From contig CBDHCQ010000004.1 of assembly GCA_965261255.1 (NCBI GenBank), forward strand, positions 78,597-142,596: 64,000 bases of DNA. The letters run 5' to 3'. Shown one piece after another: positions 10,393 through 20,276 of this stretch. Positions within the stretch are counted from its first letter, which is position 1; each line of letters starts with the position of its first letter. The position numbers and the translations under genes were made by a program. Origin of the DNA: Rhodothermales bacterium. Its GTDB lineage: Bacteria > Bacteroidota > Rhodothermia > Rhodothermales > Bin80. The notes under the pieces are model-generated. The model had not been told where the DNA came from and made no database searches. It worked only from the letters and a program-made list of their open reading frames with translations.

Positions 10393-11316
10393 TCACCCGC
10401 CGGTCAGCTGACGGAAAACATCTTCCAGGTTCTCATGTCTCCGGGAGAGGCCGGTGAGCGTCCATCCATTGCTGACAGCCAACCGGAACAGATCAACTCG
10501 AATATCGCTCGAGGAATTCAGGTTGAAGTATGCTTCTCCATTGGCATTTGTGCCGTGCTCCACAACTTCAGCCATATCCCAGGCGCCGAGTACGCCTGCA
10601 ACATCTTCCTCATCATCCATCAGTGTGACTGAAACATGCTCGCCAGCCGAGAGATTGGTTTGGAGTTCTTCGGGAGTCCCGTCGGCCACTAGCACACCAT
10701 TGTCGATGATGATAACACGGTCACAGGATGCCTGCACTTCGGGTAGGATGTGTGTCGACAGTACGACTGTCCGCTCCTTCCCGATGGTTCGAATAAGTTC
10801 ACGAATTTCTACAATCTGGTTGGGATCAAGTCCACTCGTTGGTTCGTCCAGAATCAGGATTGGAGGGTTGTGAATCATAGCCTGGGCGAGGCCTACACGT
10901 TGTCGAAAGCCTTTGGATAAAGCATCTACGCGCTTTGAGAGAACTTCCTGCAGACCACATGCGTGTGTCATTTCTGCGATACGGTCGGCACGATCATCTT
11001 TCTGAACGCCGCGCATTGCAGCAACGAATTCCAGATAATCGTAGGTGACCATATCCGAGTAGAGTGGCGTGCTCTCGGGCAGATAGCCAATTTGCTGACG
11101 CACTTCAAGTGTGTTTTCGCGGATGTCCATGCCATCAACAAAGACAGTTCCCTCATCGGGAGGCAGGTAACCGGTCATTACTTTCATGGTTGTGGTTTTT
11201 CCAGCGCCGTTCGGACCCAGAAAACCAACCACTTCCCCTTGGTTCACTTGAAAGGATATTGAGCGCACGGCCTGAACAGGGCCATACGATTTGCTGAGAT
11301 TTCTAACCTCGATCAT
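10393..11316 (-). CDS. gldA: ABC transporter ATP-binding protein (GldA-like)
   Basis: Walker A GPNGAGKTTT, signature LSKGFRQRV, Walker B ILILDEPTSGLD. The start was moved to the ATG at 11316 (MIEVRNLSKSYG), because the longer ORF extension to 11406 is not protein-like. Confidence 0.9.
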   Translation of the reverse strand: MIEVRNLSKSYGPVQAVRSISFQVNQGEVVGFLGPNGAGKTTTMKVMTGYLPPDEGTVFVDGMDIRENTLEVRQQIGYLPESTPLYSDMVTYDYLEFVAAMRGVQKDDRADRIAEMTHACGLQEVLSKRVDALSKGFRQRVGLAQAMIHNPPILILDEPTSGLDPNQIVEIRELIRTIGKERTVVLSTHILPEVQASCDRVIIIDNGVLVADGTPEELQTNLSAGEHVSVTLMDDEEDVAGVLGAWDMAEVVEHGTNANGEAYFNLNSSSDIRVDLFRLAVSNGWTLTGLSRRHENLEDVFRQLTGG

Positions 11317-11903
11317 GTGACAAGTTGGATCAAACGCCGTTTTTACGCATCTTGGCAAATGCTGTGCCAAGATGGCATTCGCACACGAAAACGTTTGAAA
11401 GATCAAGTTTAGTTTGCGACTAGAAGGCTAGGGCCGGCTCGGGCACACAAAAATACGCACAATGAGCTCTTATCCACGAACCTAGCCGTCATTTTCTCTG
11501 TTATTTTGACAGGTCGGGTGTGACAAATTAGGTTAAATTTTCAAGCGTCGTAGCGGCATTTTCGTTCTTTGCATTTATATGTCGTGGGGCAATCGAGGCC
11601 AGGATGGTCAGCCAATCACCCTCCATGCTCTGGGGCACAATCTGGCGATCGAGGACGGAATCATTCGCTCAAGCTGTCATGTACGACTAATCGGCAACCC
11701 ATGGGCCAAGCCACGCCGCCGAGCCACGAATAGCCCACTGGGCTAATCGCCTAGGGTGCAGTTACGTGGACCTGATTCACAATGCGGTTCCAACAGGCAC
11801 CTTGTACTGCACAGTGGCGTTAGCCCGTGACGCCGGCGCTACCGCCCAGCACCCTCGAGTGAAGCGCTCCTGTCCTGCAAGGAAGGCGCAGGATCCTTTG
11901 GAC

Positions 11904-12810
11904 ATGGCGCCGCGTTGTTTTGGATATAACACTGTGTTTTCCATGTCTATTGCCGTCATATTGATCTTCGTATTCCAGGTCGCAGCAGGACAGACCTTCG
12001 ACATTCAGGGACACAGAGGTGCCCGGGGCCTTTTGCCAGAAAATTCCACTGCCGGCTTCCTGCACGCGGTAGATCTCGGTGTATCTACGCTTGAGATAGA
12101 TGTAGTTGTCGCCGGTGACTCTACGGTTGTTGTATCACACGAGCCCTGGATGCTGGAGACGATCTGCAGCGACACAGACGGCCGCGCCATAACCGATGGC
12201 GAGAGCTACAACATCTTCCGAATGTCCTATGAAGCCGTGGCCCAGTACGACTGTGGCAAGCGCGGGCACCCCGGCTTTCCGCGTCAGGAAAAGCAGTCCG
12301 CTGTAAAGCCACGACTTTCGGACGTGATCAACGCCGTTGAGTCTCACACGGCGGAGCGCGGGATGGACCAGCTTCGCTACAACATTGAAATCAAGTCACG
12401 CGAGGAATGGGACGACATCTATTCGCCGCCTCCGCCGGTTTTCGTGCGGCTTGTGCACGAGGTAGTAGTCCGCACAGGTATCATGGACCGAACTACAATC
12501 CAGTCGTTTGACCTTCGTTCACTTCCAGGCCGCGCACAGAATCAGCGCGGCCTGGGAGCTTGCGGTGCTTGTGCATTCAGAAACGGACCTGCCGGCACTG
12601 CTCCGCCGGCTGGAATTCACTCCCCAGGTTTTTTCTCCAAATTTTCGGATAGTTGATGAATCACTGGTGCAAGCTGCGCGCGACCTCGGAATGCGTATCA
12701 TACCCTGGACCGTAAATGAGGTCTCGGACATGAAGCGAATCATGGCGATGGGGGTAGACGGTCTCATCACGGACTATCCGGATCTTGCGCTGACTCTATC
12801 CGACATGTAA
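11904..12810 (+). pseudogene. glycerophosphodiester phosphodiesterase (GDPD), frameshifted
   Basis: FDIQGHRGARGLLPENSTAGF...LEIDVVVAGDSTVVVSHEPW in frame 0, then WTVNEVSDMKRIMAMGVDGLITDYPD in frame +1. The frames switch at about 12522-12526 (IQSFDLRSL | QAAHRISAAWELAVLV). Possible starts are 11904 or 11943. Confidence 0.75.
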
Positions 12811-12908
12811 TCCGGGTAGCCGCTCAATCTCGCATCGGCCTCGATTGCCGGGCCGAGGAGTGCTCGCAGCTGCTTGTTCTCCTCGGGCCTAACCAAACGC
12901 AAGTTCGA

Positions 12909-14862
12909 CATTGTAGTGGATTTTTTTGCTGAGATTCCGTGCCCCCTATTTTCAAGGGATTCAAAAAGAGCTGTTTTAGGTTGTATTCTTACACTTCGGC
13001 GTTCTCTTTTGTAGGGCGTTTTGCCTTGATTCGCTGCGTATTCCGCCCCAGTTTGAGCCCCATTGCCTGAAAGACTTGACGCTGGAATGGCTTGAGATCC
13101 TAGTCTTGTTTGAGCGGGATCGCGTGCGTCTTATTTTGAGGAAACACGGTCGTCACGCGCTGGTGCTCGTTGAGTTTGACCTTGAGGGTGGCCCAGCTCT
13201 TGTGGATCTGTATTGCGCACAACCTGCTTCGAATCAGATGCACGACATGGAAGGCCAGGATGGACAGGAACAGATGGGCTTCAATCTGCTCATCCTTGCT
13301 GTGATAGATTGGGCGGAAGCCCAAGTCGGATTTCATCGTGCGGTAGGAGTGTTCAATTTCTCCCAACTGCCAGTATGTTCGCGCAAGATACTCACAGGAC
13401 CACTTCGCATGACTGGTACGCAGGACGTATCCGCCAAAGGCTTCGGTGCAGGCATCGTAGGCCGACCGACGCGTCAGGAGAATCTTTTCGGCGTGCGCTG
13501 GCTGGCCCTTTTTCTTCACAACTTTGACCTCGTAGTGATATCCGACCTGTTTGTACTTCTCCATGAGCCGTCCCTCCTTTCGCTCAATCACCGCATACGT
13601 CTTCGGACGTCGGGGCATCGTGAGCTCCTCGTTCAAGTGTGCAATGGCCGCTTCAAATTGGGCGCGCTTCGTGCTGATGATTTGATCGCTGACCGCCTGC
13701 CGGACCTCACTGTGTAGATACACCCGCCGCTCTCCATCATTTCCCCCCAAGCTTCCAGGCACGTACATACACCTCGTGAGTGGATTGAAAAACTTGATCC
13801 GGTTCCCGGTCCAGAACCGGGGGCGTCTTCGTGCGCTCTACACAGATCCAGTTCAATCCTTCTTCCCTCAAATACGCCAAATACGCCTCGGTTGCGATGC
13901 CCGCATCCATAATGACCGTTGGCTGGTCCCCGTTCAACTGTTCGATGGCCCTGCACAAAGTCTCCGGCTCACTCGCATTGCCGGGGAGAATTTCTGCGGT
14001 GCGCGGGAACCCCGAGGCATCAAGCGTCATCGCCAGCGTGACCAGCGGACAATCGTTGCGCTTGTCCTTGCTGCGCCCATAGCGCAAGCGCGCGCCTTTC
14101 TTGCGACCTGTGTAGTAGGTGTTGGTCAGATCATAGAACACGATCGTTTCCGTAAAACCCAATAAGGCCTGGGTGTTGCCAAAGAGTTCGTCAATAATCG
14201 TCTTCCGGTGCGCGTAGAGCCCAGCAGCAATGCGGTAGAGCGTCCGGTCACAGGGACGTTTGGCTTGGAGTAATTCCAGTATACAGGACCGTTCGCACAT
14301 CCAGTCGTAGGTTTGCCGCTCGCTCCCGGGAGAGAGCATTCGTCCCACGACCAGGGCGGTGGCCCAGTGAATCTGATCCCGGTTGAAGTTCAAGGTTTGC
14401 AGGATCTGGGTAAACCCCAGCAGATCCAGCGCTTTGAGCGCCACGCGCTCGCTGCCAATGGTTCGCGTGTCGGGATGATGGATTTCATTGGTGAGAATGG
14501 CATCCCGGTCATCCCGTGGATCATGGACATCATAGCCCTTGCGTTTGAGCTTCTCCATGATGTCCTGACTGGCCTGGTGAAGGACTTCATCTTCAAACGG
14601 CAGGCGCGCATGTCCGTGCAAGCCGTCGCGCACGAGTTGCATGAGCGTCGGCCATTGTTCTTTGGGGAGGTTGAAGTCTTTGCCGAGGTTGAGGAGGGTT
14701 CGTTGCCGGGGATTTCCGTGGACGCGATAGGATTCAACAGTGGAGTAGTAGACGACCTTTTTGCCGGATTTGAGGGTACGGGGTTTGGCATAGACATACA
14801 TGGTCGGGGTGGGGTAATTGGGGGTTGAACGGTGGGGTTGGCGAAAAAATCCCACTACATTG
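12909..14862 (-). mobile_element. IS1634-family-like insertion sequence (about 1.95 kb)
   Basis: Imperfect terminal inverted repeats: cattgtagtggatttttttgc at 12909-12929 versus the reverse complement of gcgaaaaaatcccactacattg at 14841-14862. They enclose the split transposase gene. Confidence 0.65.
13100..14801 (-). pseudogene. IS1634-family (IS4-like DDE) transposase, split by a 1-nt frameshift
   Basis: N-terminal part MYVYAKPRTLKSGKKVVYYSTVESYRVHGNPRQRTLLNLG (start at ATG 14801), C-terminal part ...YWQLGEIEHSYRTMKSDLGFRPIYH. The two ORFs overlap at 13737-13768, and the frame change maps to a C6 homopolymer at 13743-13748. Confidence 0.75.
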
Positions 14863-15008
14863 AGGGGTTTCGGCAAAACCATTCTATAAGGGCGTAATTT
14901 GCCCTAAATAGACCAATGTAACCCCGAAATCGGGGGTTCTTACCCCGAAAAACCCGAAATCAGGCCAAAAACTCAGACAGGATGGAATGGAAATACCGAA
15001 GTCGCGCC

Positions 15009-15232
15009 AGGTGCGGTCCTCCCTAGCCAAGCCCCCGTGACACCCTGCCTCGCTACGCCACGCCGCGATTTTAAATGGGACCGTCCACCTGAGTTACCCT
15101 AGGTGCGGTCCTCCCTTGCCAAGAAGCCCAGCGCCGCCTTGCCTCGCTACGCCATGCCATGCCTCGCCATGCCACGATTCTAAATGGGACCGTCCACCCG
15201 AGTTACCCCTAGTGCAGTCCTCCCTCGTCGAG
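15009..15232. repeat. tandem direct repeat, about 92 and 110 bp units plus a partial third
   Basis: Unit 1 is 15009-15100 and unit 2 is 15101-15210. Both start aggtgcggtcctccc and end ttaaatgggaccgtccacc(t/c)gagttaccc(c)t. A partial unit, agtgcagtcctccctcg, starts at 15211. Confidence 0.8.
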
Positions 15233-15397
15233 CCTTATCATACCGTAGTGAAAAAAGTATGTTCAGACGGATGTTGCCCAGGCAATATCGGCTTAAATAT
15301 ACATGGCTCCATTAGTACCGAGATACAGTTGAATAGCATCATAGTTGAACTGCACACGGACGCTACTATAAAACCTTCCGAGATATATAGACATGTG

Positions 15398-16309
15398 TTA
15401 TCCTCGGATTCGAGGAAGATTATCATGCTGAGTTTTCACAACATTGTCCGTGATCTCTCGCAACTCATCGTCGTCTAAAATACTAAGTTCCCTTGAAGCT
15501 TGAATTGAGCCGATTGCTTGACAGGCAGACCGTAGGCCCGCTCCCTTTCCTAATGGTGTGTTAGGCTTTCTTTCCAATAGCTCGGCCAGACTAAGGATGA
15601 ATGAGCTCCGAATTCTGTGTGAGCCAAGTACCGAATTCCGAGATACGACTAGCATTACCAAATTCTCCCAGTAAGCTTTATTTAATCGTAGAACCTCTCG
15701 GACTTTGCGCATAAGAACATGATCACCCCTTGAAACCTGCCTAACTAGATGTTCTCTCCACCAAGCTCGTGCGAAAGGGCAATCCACATAGACGGATCTA
15801 TTCCCCCGAGCTTCCTGCAAACCACCTAAGCGTCTAAGAATCGTTCGTACTCGACGATCAACCAACTCATTTCGCCTATCCCCCTGTCCCTTGAGGAGTG
15901 TTTTGATGTCCCGTGCACCATTAGAGTCTGGCTTTCCGCTTGCAGCCAAGTAAGAAGCTTGAATCAGGCCACTTTCAATATGACGAAGGGTAACAGTCGC
16001 CCAGAAAGTTGTCCTACACGCAATTCTGGGGGTAATGCTTAACCAAGCATTAAAAAGACTTTGTTCTGTATCTGTGGGAGGCTGCTTGAATTCACTCTCA
16101 GTCAAGGGAGTCGGGAGAAGAGTGATCGTCTTAGAGCCTGGTGTGAACTCCACAGAACTCATGATAAAATCAAGAAACCCCAGATTACTCTGGACTGCCT
16201 TGAGAAGTTCTAACTGTAGTTTGGAACCTTTCTTTTTGAGCAAATCTCTTCGCAGTTTCGAAAATGATTCATCCTGAAATTCTTCATAGCTATTATGTAC
16301 CATGCTCAC
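15398..16309 (-). CDS. hypothetical protein (303 aa), last gene of the five-gene operon
   Basis: Its ATG overlaps the upstream stop (ATGA at 16306-16309). Arg-rich and probably helical. I recognise no family motif. Confidence 0.7.
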   Translation of the reverse strand: MSMVHNSYEEFQDESFSKLRRDLLKKKGSKLQLELLKAVQSNLGFLDFIMSSVEFTPGSKTITLLPTPLTESEFKQPPTDTEQSLFNAWLSITPRIACRTTFWATVTLRHIESGLIQASYLAASGKPDSNGARDIKTLLKGQGDRRNELVDRRVRTILRRLGGLQEARGNRSVYVDCPFARAWWREHLVRQVSRGDHVLMRKVREVLRLNKAYWENLVMLVVSRNSVLGSHRIRSSFILSLAELLERKPNTPLGKGAGLRSACQAIGSIQASRELSILDDDELREITDNVVKTQHDNLPRIRG

Positions 16310-17154
16310 TCATCTTCTGATTGGTCCGGGATATCGTGAGGATACAATTTTGTAGCGACTTCCTCAGGGCGAAAATCAGGCTCGCTCCAGTGAGATAAAT
16401 TCTTCTGTTTTAGATGGTCGGCGAGGATGTCAAGGTTACGAGAGGATGATTCTCCACCATCATCGTCATTTTTAAACTCTCTTTGTAGGAAAGCAAAACA
16501 TGCCGTGACTATATTGGTCATTATGTGTGATCGTACACTCCCTTTTTTCTGAAGGAAGGAGTGGAGCTTTGGATTAAGACGGACCAAAAACCGAAAATCT
16601 TCTTCAGTCTGTGCACCAACATAAAACTCTCCGGGTCCCAATTCTTGATCAGGGTTTAGGGTTAGTAACTGCAGTATTGAGGAGGATCCAAACCGAATCA
16701 AGGTTCCGAGTGCAAGTCGACTTCCTTTCCTCAATGTTATCGTCTGGTTGTCCCAGATTTGATGGACACCGTCTTTTTTAGCATTCAGTCTGAGATCACG
16801 GTCGGGAACAGTACTGACTATCATTGGCGTGAGAATTGGGGGTTCGCCGAGATCGTCGCTATTCCAAGAGATACAATGTTCCTCGGTTTTCGATGTATAT
16901 GTTTTTCGATATGAGGATTTGGGGGATGAAACGGCGCAAACGTAGATCGCTTTGTTTTCTTGCAGTAAACGCGAAATCAGCGGAGCTCCTTCAATCCGAT
17001 GAGTGATAATGAACGAACACTTATCGTCGCCAGGCACACATTCGATGATGTATTTGCCTTTTGGAAAGGAGATATTACCAGACTCCAGTATTGGAAATCG
17101 TGGTGACCGAATAGCATTTGACGGCTCTGTCGAAGAAACGGAGAACTGGTACAT
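16306..17154 (-). CDS. hypothetical protein (282 aa), fourth gene of the operon
   Basis: Starts 25 nt after the GHKL gene stop. Acidic C-terminal tail (DIPDQSEDE). I recognise no family motif. Confidence 0.7.
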   Translation of the reverse strand: MYQFSVSSTEPSNAIRSPRFPILESGNISFPKGKYIIECVPGDDKCSFIITHRIEGAPLISRLLQENKAIYVCAVSSPKSSYRKTYTSKTEEHCISWNSDDLGEPPILTPMIVSTVPDRDLRLNAKKDGVHQIWDNQTITLRKGSRLALGTLIRFGSSSILQLLTLNPDQELGPGEFYVGAQTEEDFRFLVRLNPKLHSFLQKKGSVRSHIMTNIVTACFAFLQREFKNDDDGGESSSRNLDILADHLKQKNLSHWSEPDFRPEEVATKLYPHDIPDQSEDE

Positions 17155-17179
17155 TCTAACTATCTACCATCGAGCGCCA

Positions 17180-19114
17180 CTACCCCTTGTATATGTCTAC
17201 TCGGAGCGTTGGCTCGTGATCAGGAGGCAATATAAGGTTGTGGGGAAGAGAGTATTCTAAAACAATATCTAAGCTGTCACCAGATTCAATATTGCCAAGG
17301 TGGACGCCCGTAATCTGTTCATTTTCCTTAATGAGTTTCCTCTTATCAGCAGGTTTGTCGTCTATACGTACCTTTCTGAGAATGAGGGCTTTGGTATCAT
17401 TTCTCGAACGAAGGTCACACGTTGCATCTATATTTTGGTCCACGCACAAACGAAGTTGAGCGTCACTCAAACTACTGTGACATTCCACAACGACCCTCTG
17501 ACTATTTGTGTTAACTGCCACCGATGTTGCCGTAAACACAGGACCCAATTGGGGTTGGGGACGTGACTTAGTCGATTTTGAGGATTTCTTTTTGCCTTTT
17601 TTATGCGAGGGGCCTGGGCCCACATCTGATTCCGCGTAAGATTTGGAAGGAATGCGTTTGTCAATTGCCTCAGGACTTCCCCAGAAAGATGGGTAATTCG
17701 GGCCAGTTTCTCCTTCCCGTCCGAAATCTAGCGCAAGAAAGTCATCTGGGTTATATGACTCAGAGCTTATTTTCGGAGCTTTAGCTTTAAGCCATTCTTT
17801 AATTTTGCCAAAAGCGTTCCCCAATTCGCGCGCTTTGTCTTTCGATAGTCGTTGCTTGGGATGTAGTTCGTTGTGCAGCGGACCTTCGGCATTGCGCACA
17901 AACTCATGTAGCTTCCCGCCCGACTTTGAATTGAGCAATAAAACGGCATGAAAAGGTCGACGATCTGAAAATGCATACCGAAGCCTAGGAAGGTTGTTTG
18001 CGTCGGAAATCCACATGCCATTCCTATAAAGGTCAACTTGAGTCACGCCAGAAGCTGTAGAACCATACCGGACCTCTACGTCTCCAAGCTCTGTTGGTAT
18101 CGTGTGCTTCTCACCTTTTTGGAATGTGACATAAGCGGAATAGGCTCGGGATCCGCTGATGAAAGCCCCCGGCTTTTTTCTTTTATTTCCCCTTTCCTCC
18201 TCCAATACCTCTCTAAGTATTACGCGATCCAATATCAGCAGATCACCGGCATTATGCTTAAAGCGTAGATCTTCAAATTCAACAATGAGACGACCTTCAT
18301 GAATCGCTGGGAAGAAGTTGCGCGCAGCAGATTTAAAAACAAGATCCGAAAGTTTTTCTGGAGACTCTTTGAAATAATTGAATGCAGGGACAATTATGGC
18401 CGTCCCATGTCTCCAATTTTGCGTGATCCAATCCACATCCTGTGCGATGAGGAGAGGCAAATGCCGGTCGGTAGCACAGATGTGATGCCCTTTTTCCATT
18501 TTGTGAACCAAGAACCCATCCCCGGATCTTGGTTGTTCGTCGCCGTCTCGGATGCTCGAAGCGAGAACAGCGTGGCCTGAACCTATCCTTTCTCCCTTGA
18601 AGTTAACTCCACCATAGAGGATATAACGCAAGTTGGATGCAGGTATGATGGTCGAATGGCCATTACCATAGGTACCCATTGCATCTCTACCCTTAACGCT
18701 GATACCATCACCGAGTAAAGCCCTCATCCGAGAATCATCTAGGCCAATACCATTATCAAGGACTGACAAGACGTCCTGCTCACTCTGCCCTAGTGCTTTC
18801 CGTATGACCTCGACTACACGAGAAGCCTGGCTGCTAAGCTTTCCTCCTACACTTTTGTGAGTCTCCACAGCACATTCGAAAGTATCCTTGTATTCCTGAA
18901 TGCCAGGAATTCCTTCATTCTTACAGCGAGTAAGACGAAATCTTATTTTGGCCGACTTAACGCCTGCTTCGATGGCTGCATCAAGAGAATTCTGCACTAA
19001 CTCTCGAACGATTGCCGAGGGTCGGAGGTCACTGAATCCAGAGATTCCAGACGGGGTAAATCCCCTGGAAGATCCAGGAAAAAACCGTAGCTTCGGTAGA
19101 GCATTATTGGTCAT
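17180..19114 (-). CDS. GHKL-superfamily ATPase (Bergerat fold), 644 aa, with a long non-catalytic C-terminal region
   Basis: N-box ELVQNSLDA (aa 38-46), G1 box LDNGIGLD (aa 119-126), G2 box GTYGNGHS (aa 147-154). Lys/Ser-rich linker PSHKKGKKKSSKSTKSRPQPQ. The start overlaps the desulfurase stop by 11 nt. Confidence 0.85.
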   Translation of the reverse strand: MTNNALPKLRFFPGSSRGFTPSGISGFSDLRPSAIVRELVQNSLDAAIEAGVKSAKIRFRLTRCKNEGIPGIQEYKDTFECAVETHKSVGGKLSSQASRVVEVIRKALGQSEQDVLSVLDNGIGLDDSRMRALLGDGISVKGRDAMGTYGNGHSTIIPASNLRYILYGGVNFKGERIGSGHAVLASSIRDGDEQPRSGDGFLVHKMEKGHHICATDRHLPLLIAQDVDWITQNWRHGTAIIVPAFNYFKESPEKLSDLVFKSAARNFFPAIHEGRLIVEFEDLRFKHNAGDLLILDRVILREVLEEERGNKRKKPGAFISGSRAYSAYVTFQKGEKHTIPTELGDVEVRYGSTASGVTQVDLYRNGMWISDANNLPRLRYAFSDRRPFHAVLLLNSKSGGKLHEFVRNAEGPLHNELHPKQRLSKDKARELGNAFGKIKEWLKAKAPKISSESYNPDDFLALDFGREGETGPNYPSFWGSPEAIDKRIPSKSYAESDVGPGPSHKKGKKKSSKSTKSRPQPQLGPVFTATSVAVNTNSQRVVVECHSSLSDAQLRLCVDQNIDATCDLRSRNDTKALILRKVRIDDKPADKRKLIKENEQITGVHLGNIESGDSLDIVLEYSLPHNLILPPDHEPTLRVDIYKG

Positions 19115-20276
19115 GGACCATAAAGTTTATGCGGTTAATTTCAGAGAAAGCGGCAATCGCAACATCTATTTCTTCATCGCTGGTAAATCGACCCAAACTT
19201 ACACGAAATCCCGATTCAGCGACCTCTGGCTTTAGGCCCAGTGCGAGTAAGACCCTTGATGGCCGCGTGCTTCCTGACGAACAAGCAGCCCCCGTAGATA
19301 TAGCTAATTTATCTGAAACCGTTTCAATTACCTGGTGAGCGAGGATCCCAGGAAAACTAAGACTCAGATTCCCGGCCACACGATGATTGGGATGACCAAA
19401 AAGTCGGATACTGGAACAGATCTGCTGAAGCCCGTCTCGGAGACGCAAAGTAAGCCGTAACATTCGGGCCGAATCCTGAGGCCATTCATTTGCGGCTATC
19501 TGGCATGCTTTTCCAAAGCCAGCAACCAAACCGACAGGAATGGTACCAGGCCTTAGGCCATTCTCCTGTCCGCCTCCAGTAAAGATAGGTTCTATTGGCG
19601 TACCGCTTCGGACAAATAGTGCCCCGATCCCTTTCGGGCCATATACCTTGTGAGCGGAAAGGCTAAGCATGTCAACACCCCACGAATCAATATCAATATT
19701 GATTCGCCCGGCTGCTTGTGTCGCGTCCGTATGAAATAACGTATTATTAGCACGACACAGAGCGCCGATGTCACTCAGTGGCTGAATGACACCGATCTCG
19801 TTATTTACCGCCATGATCGTGACTAAGGCAGTACGTTCGCTCAAAGCACGTTCTAAATCGGCGAGGTTAACCAGTCCATCTTTATCTACAGGCAACACGG
19901 TAATTTCAAATCCCATGTGTCCCAAGTCGTGAACTGTATCCAAGACAGCCGAATGTTCCGTGGTGATGGTAACAAGCTGATCTCTATGACTGTTCCTGAA
20001 GGCTTTTGCAATACCACGTATGGCCAAGTTACAAGACTCGGTAGCTCCCGAAGTAAAAATAATCTCTTCATCGTCCGCTCCGATAAAATCTGCGATTTGC
20101 CCACGTGCTAACTGTACTGCGTCAAAAGCTTCCCAGCCGTATGCATGGTCTATTGAGTGTGAATTCCCAAAGCTAATCTCGAAATAAGGCCGGACCGCTT
20201 CCAGTACACGGGGATCAATGGGGGTAGTCGCTTGGTAGTCTAAATACACCTGACGTGATGCCGCGTGCTGAATCAT
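19104..20276 (-). CDS. NifS/IscS-type cysteine desulfurase (DndA/SspA-like by context)
   Basis: YLDYQATTPIDPRVLEAV, FTSGATESCNLAIRG, PLP-lysine motif SAHKVYGPKGIGALFVR, catalytic Cys loop STGAACSSGS. The ATG at 20276 forms an ATGA overlap with the upstream stop. The ORF track's TTG at 20285 is an alternative start. Confidence 0.93.
   Translation of the reverse strand: MIQHAASRQVYLDYQATTPIDPRVLEAVRPYFEISFGNSHSIDHAYGWEAFDAVQLARGQIADFIGADDEEIIFTSGATESCNLAIRGIAKAFRNSHRDQLVTITTEHSAVLDTVHDLGHMGFEITVLPVDKDGLVNLADLERALSERTALVTIMAVNNEIGVIQPLSDIGALCRANNTLFHTDATQAAGRINIDIDSWGVDMLSLSAHKVYGPKGIGALFVRSGTPIEPIFTGGGQENGLRPGTIPVGLVAGFGKACQIAANEWPQDSARMLRLTLRLRDGLQQICSSIRLFGHPNHRVAGNLSLSFPGILAHQVIETVSDKLAISTGAACSSGSTRPSRVLLALGLKPEVAESGFRVSLGRFTSDEEIDVAIAAFSEINRINFMVHDQ

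Noticed and set aside
12851-12889. Hairpin after the GDPD gene (GGCCGAGGAG-N18-CTCCTCGGGCC) as a rho-independent terminator
   Set aside because: The stem has a bulge and no T-tract follows it, so I do not report it as a terminator feature.
13076-14828. Plus-strand ORFs 13076..13717, 13213..13527, 13776..14165 and 14313..14828
   Set aside because: All are antisense to the IS1634-like transposase frames, which carry clear transposase sequence. They are typical shadow ORFs.
15009-15232. Possible CRISPR array (also considered for 54567..54811)
   Set aside because: The units are about 64-110 bp. They are either directly tandem with no spacers, or only two copies separated by a single 116-bp segment. 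There are no 25-40-bp repeats with regular unique spacers and no cas genes in the window.
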